A stretch of DNA of 12,767 nucleotides from Candidatus Wukongarchaeum yapensis (GCA_016840425.1 JAEOSI010000040.1:1-12767), one strand, 5' to 3'; positions 1 through 6,824 are shown, numbered from the stretch's first letter. Notes: generated from the letters alone by a model not told the origin. Program-made: numbers and translations.

Positions 1-23
1 TGGTTGTGGTTGTGGTTGTGGTT
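1..23. repeat. (TGGTTG)n hexamer tandem repeat encoding a PQPQPQP linker on the minus strand
   Basis: tggttg x3 plus tggtt at 1-23; may continue beyond the window. Confidence 0.85.
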
Positions 24-447
24 TTGCAGTGATTGGGGTGGTTATAGCTTCTTCTTGGGGCGGAACCCATAAAGTAAGAGTTGGTAGCAGATCCCTTATA
101 ACGTTCGCTATTCTGTTCGCTTGAGAGAAAATTATTTTTTTATGTTCGCTTCCCTTCTTCATCACAATTGCTAAAACAACATCTTCTGTTACTTTTTCAA
201 AAAATAGTGTTAGTTCGCCTGCATGAAACTGTCCTTCCTCCACATTTCCTGCAACATCTAAAATCATTGAGCCTTGTTCTTGCATAACCTGGGTTACTGC
301 TCCAAGGGTTTCTCTTCCATCAAACCCCTTAGCGATGGAAGCATAAACTTGACCAGCTACAGTATAAATACCCACCGCTTTTATATCAGAAGAAGTTAGT
401 GCAAACCCCTCAAGAACCACCTTAAGTTCTTCACTTTCATAGCTCAA
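1..447 (-). CDS. Roadblock/LC7 (MglB-like) domain protein with Pro/Gln linker, 3'-truncated by the window edge
   Basis: Not in the ORF track because it has no stop in the window. Manual translation from TTG 447 (GAGGGT about 6 nt upstream): LSYESEELKVVLEGFALTSSDIKAVGIYTVAGQVYASIAKGFDGRETLGAVTQVMQEQGSMILDVAGNVEEGQFHAGELTLFFEKVTEDVVLAIVMKKGSEHKKIIFSQANRIANVIRDLLPTLTLWVPPQEEAITTPITAKPQPQPQP. The helix-b-b-helix-b-b-b-helix pattern matches the Roadblock/LC7 fold. The frame is open up to GTG 510 (alternative start). Confidence 0.72.
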   Translation of the reverse strand, partial: MSYESEELKVVLEGFALTSSDIKAVGIYTVAGQVYASIAKGFDGRETLGAVTQVMQEQGSMILDVAGNVEEGQFHAGELTLFFEKVTEDVVLAIVMKKGSEHKKIIFSQANRIANVIRDLLPTLTLWVPPQEEAITTPITAKPQPQPQP

Positions 448-690
448 CCTAGTACCCTCATCTATCCAAAATGTCTTTAAATTTGTAGAGGAGATCTTAT
501 TTTCCTTCACGACCTCCTATTAGTAATCTTAGGCTTTCAACAATATTCTTTTTACATATTATTAATTCATTAACAAATTAACAGTATAGTATTTAATATT
601 AACATTTTATGATTTAAATAATCTTACCATTATACGGATTGATATTCTCTTTCCTCATTAAATTTTAATTGACTTTATGTATTTAGACTT

Positions 691-2322
691 TTAGACTTTT
701 TTAATCTTTTCTGATAATATTTTTGAAATCTTTAAAGCTCCTATTTCCGCTATATACGGTCCGAGTTTTGGCCCTTGGGGTTCTCCTAAAATAAAGAAAT
801 ATAATAACTTGAAAAAAGTTTTTGGTTTTATCCCATGTTTTTTCGCTATTTTAAATATCGCTTCCTGTATCTTCTCTCCACTCCTTTCTATTTCCAAAAC
901 CTCAATCACATCTTTTAACGCTTTCATCTCCTTTAAAGAGATCTCAATCTCTCTCCTTTCCTTTTTTACCGCTTTTCTCTCAAAATCTTCTACCCAATTC
1001 CTACATCGCTCAATTTTTTCCTTTATTTCTTTAATTTGATCCGTTCTCTTAATATAATCATACTCCAACAACTTTTCAGCCAAAAACTTTTCCTCAAAAT
1101 CCTTCGGAGCTACTTTTATCAAATGAACCAACGTTTTATAAGGCACATGAATCCTCGGCTCTTTTGGAGGATTCAACAAACAACAATACTCATATAACCC
1201 TCTCAACTTGGCATCTTTAGCCCTATTAGAAAACCTTTTTCCACTAAAATAAAAATCCTCTAAATGCTCAAACTCATCCTCAAACTTAGGAACATCATCC
1301 ACAGAAATCGCTCGCGTACCCTCAAAACGCTTAAACAAAAGAAGAAGCAATGATTGAGGAGAACCATACCTTAACCATACCTGCGGCGTAAAAACATTTC
1401 CCGAAGACTTTGAAATCTTTTTACCGCCCTTATCAAGAAACATCTCATACATTATATGATACGGTGGTTCATAACCAAGAATTTCCCTACTTATCCGATC
1501 ATTAACCCTCACACTATCTGCTATATCCTTTCCATAAGCTTCAAAATCTATCTTTAACGCAGCCCACCTCGCCGCAAACTCCACCTTCCAACTAAGCTTC
1601 CCTCCACCCCTACTATAATCCGCAAAACCCTCATTTCCACAACCCTCTAACTTCTTCCCCTTTATCTCTAAACCCTCACAAACATAAGCCACCTTCTTTT
1701 CACTGGCCAAAAATTCCAAAGCTTTAGTCGTGTAAATCCTCCCACAATTAGAACAAACCGCATGAAACGGAAGAACCTCAACATACTTTTCCTGTTCAGT
1801 CTCCTCCCTTATTATCCTCCCCGCCTTTTTCCATTCACTCAAAATCCTCTCAATCTGACTTGTGAAAACCCCAGCTTCATACAACTTTTTAGCAGAAGCA
1901 AACTCATACTCTATCCCAGACTTATCAAGAGCATCCAATAAAAGCGAACTCATATGCTCCCCATAACTGTCATGACACTTAAAAGGATCTGGAACAGAAG
2001 TCACAGGAAAACCTAAATAATCTTTCAAAGAGTCAGGCAAACCGCTAGGTATCTTTCTTAATCCATCCATATCATCAGAAAACGCTATAAGTTTCGCGTT
2101 ATACCCCCTATCCTCAAAGGCAAGCTTTATCCCATATCCCCTCACGGCATCACCAAGACTCCCAATATGAGGAAATCCCGAAGCACCGAGTCCACTCTCA
2201 GCCCTAAATTCCCCCTTTTCCCCAATAAACTCTTTCCTCCGCTCAATAGTCTCCCAAGCAACCTTATCGATCCAAGTCCCACGACCAATAATCTCCATAT
2301 TCTCCTCGTTAACTTCTCTCAA
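691..2322 (-). CDS. lysS: Lysyl-tRNA synthetase, class I
   Basis: HIGH-like motif ESGLGASGFPHIGSLGD, SDDMDGLRK, CSNCGR zinc knuckle, GKLSWKVEFAARW, YGKD, KMSKS-like KKISKSSGN, and C-terminal GPKLG anticodon-binding domain. TTG 2322 has GGTGA upstream; ATG about 24 nt downstream is an alternative start. Confidence 0.97.
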   Translation of the reverse strand: MREVNEENMEIIGRGTWIDKVAWETIERRKEFIGEKGEFRAESGLGASGFPHIGSLGDAVRGYGIKLAFEDRGYNAKLIAFSDDMDGLRKIPSGLPDSLKDYLGFPVTSVPDPFKCHDSYGEHMSSLLLDALDKSGIEYEFASAKKLYEAGVFTSQIERILSEWKKAGRIIREETEQEKYVEVLPFHAVCSNCGRIYTTKALEFLASEKKVAYVCEGLEIKGKKLEGCGNEGFADYSRGGGKLSWKVEFAARWAALKIDFEAYGKDIADSVRVNDRISREILGYEPPYHIMYEMFLDKGGKKISKSSGNVFTPQVWLRYGSPQSLLLLLFKRFEGTRAISVDDVPKFEDEFEHLEDFYFSGKRFSNRAKDAKLRGLYEYCCLLNPPKEPRIHVPYKTLVHLIKVAPKDFEEKFLAEKLLEYDYIKRTDQIKEIKEKIERCRNWVEDFERKAVKKERREIEISLKEMKALKDVIEVLEIERSGEKIQEAIFKIAKKHGIKPKTFFKLLYFFILGEPQGPKLGPYIAEIGALKISKILSEKIKKV

Positions 2323-2356
2323 AGGATCACCTTCTAAAATCCTTTTAATTAATAAA

Positions 2357-2381
2357 CAAAAAGTAATTAATTTACTTTTTG
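2357..2381. promoter_or_regulatory. Perfect 10-bp inverted repeat in the lysS/GNAT divergent promoter (candidate operator)
   Basis: CAAAAAGTAA-TTAAT-TTACTTTTTG, directly upstream of a minus-strand TATA-like TTTATTAA (2356-2349). Confidence 0.45.
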
Positions 2382-2466
2382 ATAAGGTTTGATTTTTATA
2401 GCTTCAACTCATAGCTTTAACAAACATCTAGACACCTAAATACTCCTACTGGAGGTTTAAAAAATA

Positions 2467-3225
2467 ATGGTGGATCTCGATATAAGGATCAACGGCAAAC
2501 AACTATTAGAACTAATAAAACCAATAATTTCTCCATGTACCAATGATATCTATAGTTTTTCCGATATCGAAGAAGAGATGGAAGAAGATTCTGAAAACAA
2601 GATTCTCATCGTGGTATTAAACAAAGAAACGAGTGAAACCATCGGATTCTCTTTGATAACCGTAGATAGATCATTAGATGAGGAAGGGAAAAAACTTCCT
2701 CTGGTAGGCGTTATAGAACTTCTGTGCGTCATTCCCAGCGAAAGATCTACCGAAACTCCCCTTAAAATAATAGAAGCAATAGGAAATCTTGCAAAAGAAA
2801 ATTTTTTGGAATCCCTCGAAGCATCAGCTTTTATAGAAGATAAATGGCTCCTTAAAGCGTTGCAAAAAACAGGCTTCACAGCTTATGCAGCATGTTTAGA
2901 TAAAGAGATCGAAAACATAGAAGATGCATACAGATTCTTTGAAATCTTTAAAGAAGAATGGAACGAACGCATGTATGTAGAAATATTATGCCGAGACCTC
3001 CATAACGGTGATTGCTACTCCCACCTAATGGAGGATATAGAAGAGGTAGAAAACTTTCTTAAAGAAGCAAAAAACGCAGGAAAACACCCACTCCTTGTCC
3101 GCATATACGTCCAATTAAGATCCCTCGATGAAAAAGAGACCAGCCCCCTACATATGAGAACAAAAATTGATTGGGATGCTGTCTCAATACTTTTTGATAA
3201 ATGGATAAACAAATACAACCAATAA
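2467..3225 (+). CDS. GNAT-fold protein with degenerate acetyl-CoA motif plus an uncharacterised C-terminal domain
   Basis: GGAGG RBS upstream. Pattern ETIGFSLIT...VIELLCVIPSER...LLKALQKTGF follows GNAT motifs A and B. Confidence 0.62.
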   Translation: MVDLDIRINGKQLLELIKPIISPCTNDIYSFSDIEEEMEEDSENKILIVVLNKETSETIGFSLITVDRSLDEEGKKLPLVGVIELLCVIPSERSTETPLKIIEAIGNLAKENFLESLEASAFIEDKWLLKALQKTGFTAYAACLDKEIENIEDAYRFFEIFKEEWNERMYVEILCRDLHNGDCYSHLMEDIEEVENFLKEAKNAGKHPLLVRIYVQLRSLDEKETSPLHMRTKIDWDAVSILFDKWINKYNQ

Positions 3226-3311
3226 CGATCAACATTTTTCTAATGGGTTATTCCTATCTTCCCCTTTTAATATTCAGTACTTTTATTTTTAAGAAAGAGA
3301 AGAGAGAAAAA

Positions 3312-3995
3312 ATGATACAAGAGACAAAAAAACGATTAATTATTGGACTAATCTTGATACTGTTGAGTTTAGGATCCATCCTACAACTCACATACGTCAA
3401 TAAAAGCGAGGAGCGAGAACTCAAAGCAGGAGAAGAAGATGCAAGATACCTAATATACCTCATAAAAGGGACAGGATTATACGCCTACCTCGAAGCTTTA
3501 TCACTAGATACTTTTGAGATCCATCTAATGAAAGAATCTTCATTTCTAGCTTTCATAGAAAACGGTAAAATAGACGCCACTTCTTATGCTGTAGAAAGCG
3601 CGATAGGAAGCTCACCTGGAGAAAGCATAAGCATTTCTTGGGGATGTAATGACTCTTCAGAATATGTAATCTTTGTGTCATATGTCGATGAAAACGGTGA
3701 TAATAAAGCAAGTTACAGACTAGAATACCACCATATGAGCGCTTTCGGAATAATCGCTGCCATACCCCTCCTCATTTTAGCTGCATGGTTCATAATTTCA
3801 AGCTTTTACACCCTCAAAAAAAGATCAGAAGAAGAAAAAGCCGTCGTGGCAAAAGCATCTAAGGCACAGATAATAGAAAATGGTGAAGTAAAAACAGTAA
3901 ATTTCTGCTCAATCTGTCATAAAAAAGTAGCCGAAGAAGCGGCCAAATGTCCTCATTGTGGAGCCTTCCTTCAATGGCACGAAGATACGCCTTAA
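3312..3995 (+). CDS. Membrane protein: N-terminal TM/signal, beta-sandwich (GOLD/PPC-like) domain, second TM, cytoplasmic zinc ribbon
   Basis: Likely start MIQETKKRLIIGLILILLSLG at ATG 3312; the longer ORF from 3201 overlaps the upstream gene. Second TM is AFGIIAAIPLLILAAWFIISSFY. C-terminal CSICHKKVAEEAAKCPHCG has two CxxC pairs. Confidence 0.75.
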   Translation: MIQETKKRLIIGLILILLSLGSILQLTYVNKSEERELKAGEEDARYLIYLIKGTGLYAYLEALSLDTFEIHLMKESSFLAFIENGKIDATSYAVESAIGSSPGESISISWGCNDSSEYVIFVSYVDENGDNKASYRLEYHHMSAFGIIAAIPLLILAAWFIISSFYTLKKRSEEEKAVVAKASKAQIIENGEVKTVNFCSICHKKVAEEAAKCPHCGAFLQWHEDTP

Positions 3996-4003
3996 AACCT
4001 GAA

Positions 4004-4504
4004 TCAGCTTTCCTCCATCTTTTTTAGCGCTTCTTCAACAGCCTCTTGAGCAGCTTCCCTGATTTTTTCTAACCGACCACGAGAAACACCGCTTTCCTCC
4101 ACTATCTTGTCCAAATCTCCTTCTAAAAGGTCTTTTGTAGAGGTAATACCTACATTGCTAAGCTTTTCAAGCATGACTTTTCCCACACCTTTCACACCGC
4201 TCAATTCAACAAGCTCTGCTACTTCCTTTAATTCCCTTTCAACGGCTCCTTTCTTTGCCTTTACTCTCCCTTTTTTCACAACTTCTTTCTCTACTTTAAG
4301 GGTCTCTGTAAACTCCTGTAAAGCCCTAATATTCTCCTCATAGGCTGTTCTCCGCCGAGTATCAACACTTAACCCGAACTTTCTAGCCATTTTAACCGAT
4401 AAATTAACCGCACTTAACTCTTTTAAACTGAAACCTTTACCCTGCCTAAAAGGCTTCACCATATCTGCTGAGGGCGTTTTTACTACAGACCTTGGCAAAT
4501 CCAT
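4004..4504 (-). CDS. rpl13e: Ribosomal protein eL13 (L13e) fused to a C-terminal helix-hairpin-helix domain
   Basis: L13e signature RQGKGFSLKEL...ARKFGLSVDTRRRT...NIRAL. C-terminal LSGVKGVGKVMLEKLSNVGITSTKDLL...SGVSRGRLEKIREAA is HhH-like. GGAG lies 8 nt before ATG 4504 and only 2 nt before ATG 4510. Confidence 0.9.
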   Translation of the reverse strand: MDLPRSVVKTPSADMVKPFRQGKGFSLKELSAVNLSVKMARKFGLSVDTRRRTAYEENIRALQEFTETLKVEKEVVKKGRVKAKKGAVERELKEVAELVELSGVKGVGKVMLEKLSNVGITSTKDLLEGDLDKIVEESGVSRGRLEKIREAAQEAVEEALKKMEES

Positions 4505-4622
4505 GTTCATTTCTCCAACCTTTTATAAGGACTAAACAATATTAATCCCTATAAAATATTTTTATTCTTCTAAAAACTTAAGCATATTTTATTATCTTTC
4601 TAACTCAAGAAGATGATAATGC

Positions 4623-5012
4623 ATGAAGCATCAAAAAAAATTGCGAGCTTTCTTAATATTGAATTGGGACGACATAATCGCAATTACAGCGATTTTATTC
4701 TTAACATACTATTTTTGGGCAAAATACTTTAGAATAGCTATTTTGATAGCTATAATGTGGGCCATATTCGGAATAGGTCTAAAATCCTACATACTTCTGC
4801 CCTCGCTACTTAAAGAAAAGCCTGAAGCCGCAGAAGACTACGTAGGGAAAACAGCGACAGTAACAAAAACCCTAAACCCTTCAGGATTCATAAAAATTGG
4901 TGGAGAAATTTGGAAAAGTGAAACCCTCTCAGACCCTATTGAAGAAGGTTCAAAAGTAAAAGTCTGTAGGATGGATAAAAAACGCTTAATATTATTCGTG
5001 GAAAAAATCTAA
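4623..5012 (+). CDS. Short NfeD-family protein (two TM helices plus OB-fold C-terminal domain)
   Basis: Hydrophobic N-terminus followed by YVGKTATVTKTLNPSGFIKIGGEIWKSE...IEEGSKVKV, the NfeD C-terminal consensus. Confidence 0.85.
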   Translation: MKHQKKLRAFLILNWDDIIAITAILFLTYYFWAKYFRIAILIAIMWAIFGIGLKSYILLPSLLKEKPEAAEDYVGKTATVTKTLNPSGFIKIGGEIWKSETLSDPIEEGSKVKVCRMDKKRLILFVEKI

Positions 5013-5036
5013 AACTAACCCCTCCCTTCTAATCAC

Positions 5037-6341
5037 TTACATTTTTTCTTCCTTTTCTAATCTTTTTATGAAAGATAGCAATGTTGGCAAAAAGGTGCCT
5101 ATATCTGTTACAATCCCTACAGCGTGCATTGTACCCCTATCCAAAAGCTTTGTCACTGTAGCCTGACTTATATCAATAACTATGGTCCGCACTTTCGAAG
5201 GCAACAAGTTTCCCACAGCTATCGAATGAAGCGCAGTAGCCATCATCAACACAAGCGCCGCATTTCTCAAATGTTTACGCATAGCCTCCTGCGCCTCTAC
5301 AACATCGGTAATCACATCAGGGATAGGCCCATCATCTCGAATTGACCCTGCTAAAACATAAGGTACATCACTTTTTATACACTCGTAAAAAACCCCGCTC
5401 TTCAACACGCTCTTCTCCACAGCTTCTCTCAACGATCCCGCTTTTCTTACCTCATTAATCGCCGCCATATGATGCCTATGACCCCCCTCATGAGTCTCTA
5501 CACTCTTTAAATTCATGCCTAAAGAAGTTCCAAAAAGAGAATATTCTACATCATGTACTGCTAAAGCATTTCCTGAAAGAAGAGCATCAACATAACCCTT
5601 CCTTATAAGCTCGGCTAAAGTATCCCGAGCCCCTGAATGTATAATCGCAGGTCCGGCGACGATCACTATCTTACCATTTCCCCTTTTGATCTCTAAGATC
5701 TCCTTAGCAATAAGTCTTGCATACGTTGTAGACGGCTTTTCAGAACTGGCAGTAGACGCCATGAACTCAAAAATTTCCCGCCTTCTTGGCCTTTCAGGAG
5801 GAACAACCTTAATCCCCTTAGACCCTGTAACAACCATATCCCCCTTTTTAACCTTAGAAATAGGCACAGTAAAAGCCCTCCCATCCCGAATAACTATCGC
5901 CTTATCCATCTCAGGATTTTCAACAAGAAGCCAATGTCCTCCTAAACGAATAAAAGTCTCATGATGCGTAGTAGAGTAAAAAGAATCAGGAAGAACCCCA
6001 TCAGCAGATGCAGATTCCAAAACCACATCTTCCTCCACTCCTTTAACCACTGCACCAAAAACCTGCAACTCACTAATTATTTCCGAAAGCTTCTCTTCAT
6101 TCTCTGCAAAAATTCTAATAGTACACCGAGAATAATCCTTTTCCGTCTCTCCAACATGAAAATTCAAAAACTTAAGGTTAGCATCATGATCATAGATTAA
6201 ACCAAGAACTTTAGGAAGAATAAAACTATCAATTAAATGGCCTTCAAGATTTATATCTACGTGAGCTCGAAGCCTTTCAAACACCCTAGATTCTTCTGAA
6301 GATTTCACCACCAAATCATCATAATGGTCATTCTTGCCCAA
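5037..6341 (-). CDS. TIGR00300-family protein (LOR/SDH conserved N-domain; ornithine cyclodeaminase-like, homologous to the C-terminal part of AgrE/ArgZ)
   Basis: GHLIDS, FYSTTHH..., EMD, FEFMASTASSEKP, GPAIIHSG, GNALAVHDVE, GHRHHM, LAGSIRDDGP, HSIAVGNLLP, KLLDRGT. TTG start with AGGTGGTG RBS. Confidence 0.9.
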   Translation of the reverse strand: MGKNDHYDDLVVKSSEESRVFERLRAHVDINLEGHLIDSFILPKVLGLIYDHDANLKFLNFHVGETEKDYSRCTIRIFAENEEKLSEIISELQVFGAVVKGVEEDVVLESASADGVLPDSFYSTTHHETFIRLGGHWLLVENPEMDKAIVIRDGRAFTVPISKVKKGDMVVTGSKGIKVVPPERPRRREIFEFMASTASSEKPSTTYARLIAKEILEIKRGNGKIVIVAGPAIIHSGARDTLAELIRKGYVDALLSGNALAVHDVEYSLFGTSLGMNLKSVETHEGGHRHHMAAINEVRKAGSLREAVEKSVLKSGVFYECIKSDVPYVLAGSIRDDGPIPDVITDVVEAQEAMRKHLRNAALVLMMATALHSIAVGNLLPSKVRTIVIDISQATVTKLLDRGTMHAVGIVTDIGTFLPTLLSFIKRLEKEEKM

Positions 6342-6366
6342 AAATCAACACCACCTAATCACTATA

Positions 6367-6394
6367 ATAACTAAAAGCGCATAACTAAAGGCGT
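6367..6394. repeat. Tandem 14-bp imperfect direct repeat upstream of the TIGR00300 gene
   Basis: ATAACTAAAAGCGC (6367-6380) followed by ATAACTAAAGGCGT (6381-6394); 12/14 identical. Confidence 0.4.
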
Positions 6395-6498
6395 GGAAGT
6401 AATACCTCAATAATATCTCGCGCTTATTTTAACAATTTCCTGTAAAATTTTAAGAAAAACTTTTCATACACCTAAATAAAAGTTAACAAAACCGTTTA

Positions 6499-6514
6499 CA
6501 AATAACTTTATTAA
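6499..6514 (+). promoter_or_regulatory. Candidate archaeal BRE/TATA promoter for the putative ncRNA
   Basis: TTTATTAA at 6507-6514 begins 27-30 nt before the 5' arm of the terminal helix (6534-6537), which is standard archaeal spacing. Confidence 0.5.
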
Positions 6515-6533
6515 GAAGGGAAACGTAAAGATA

Positions 6534-6766
6534 ATTCCCCGTGGATAAAAGTTCTTGAACCTAGGAAAATTTTCTAAAAACTGAAGCGAAGGAAGATAAT
6601 GCGCAAATCTAACGACGCTAAAGTTTGAGGAAAATTATGTGGCTACGCAAGAACAAAGTTCGTGCGGGTGAAATCGCCAGAAACAGATGGCAAAAATACG
6701 ATTAAGGTCGTGTTAGCCGGAAGTTGATGGATGAAATTAACCCGCAACAAACAATCCGCGGGGAAT
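6534..6766 (+). ncRNA. Putative novel structured non-coding RNA (~233 nt), family not recognised
   Basis: 13-bp closing helix ATTCCCCGTGGAT (6534-6546) / ATCCGCGGGGAAT (6754-6766) with one G-U pair that works only on the plus strand. Internal helices: 6551-57/6648-54; 6562-67/6571-76; 6578-82/6622-26 + 6585-88/6616-19 + 6594-97/6607-10; 6663-67/6742-46; 6676-79/6688-91; 6695-6702/6707-14; 6723-28/6736-41. Flanked by a TATA box and T-runs. Confidence 0.65.
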
Positions 6767-6767
6767 A

Positions 6768-6815
6768 TTTTATTTTTTTATCTCCTTTTTTTTAAATTAA
6801 ATTAGGTTTTTTTTT
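6768..6815 (+). terminator. Oligo-T archaeal-type terminator cluster
   Basis: T7 (6773-6779), T8 (6786-6793) and T9 (6807-6815) directly after the ncRNA closing helix; no plus-strand protein gene lies immediately upstream. Confidence 0.55.
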
Positions 6816-6824
6816 CGGTTTGTT

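Noticed and set aside
448-510. GTG 510 as start of the Roadblock gene
   Set aside because: AGGAGG is only 2 nt from the GTG, the extension covers a TATA-like TTTAAA (481-476), and the fold begins near TTG 447. Not fully excluded.
561-604. ATTAACA x3 (569, 577, 598) in a very AT-rich intergenic region
   Set aside because: Short AT-rich words are expected by chance in this composition and the spacing is irregular.
3201-3311. N-terminal extension of the 264-aa ORF
   Set aside because: It overlaps the upstream stop and crosses T-rich terminator/promoter-like DNA; ATG 3312 gives a clean signal/TM start.
6534-6546. CRISPR type I-E-like repeat (TTCCCCG...CGGGGA)
   Set aside because: A single inverted pair 207 nt apart, with no direct-repeat array and no cas genes.
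6535-6550. DnaA box (CGTGGATAA, 8/9) or ORB-like TTCCCCGTGGATAAAA
   Set aside because: Single copy, the partner arm does not match ORB, the enclosed DNA is not an AT-rich unwinding element, and no orc1/cdc6 gene is nearby.
6581-6735. Box C/D guide RNA or tmRNA
   Set aside because: CUGA precedes the only UGAUG-like box (wrong order), and there is no tRNA-like acceptor or T-arm.
6534-6766. RNase P RNA (fragments GAGGAAA, GGGUGAAA, GCAAG, AACAAA)
   Set aside because: No GUCC after GAGGAAA, no GGCUUA-type CR-V to form P4, and helix order does not fit. cmsearch with the archaeal RNase P model would be decisive.
6534-6766. Retron msr-msd or other RT-associated ncRNA (a1/a2-like terminal repeats)
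   Set aside because: No reverse transcriptase gene in the window.
6534-6766. MITE with 13-bp terminal inverted repeats
   Set aside because: No clear target-site duplication; the single mismatch is a strand-specific G-U pair, and the promoter and terminator lie outside the repeats.
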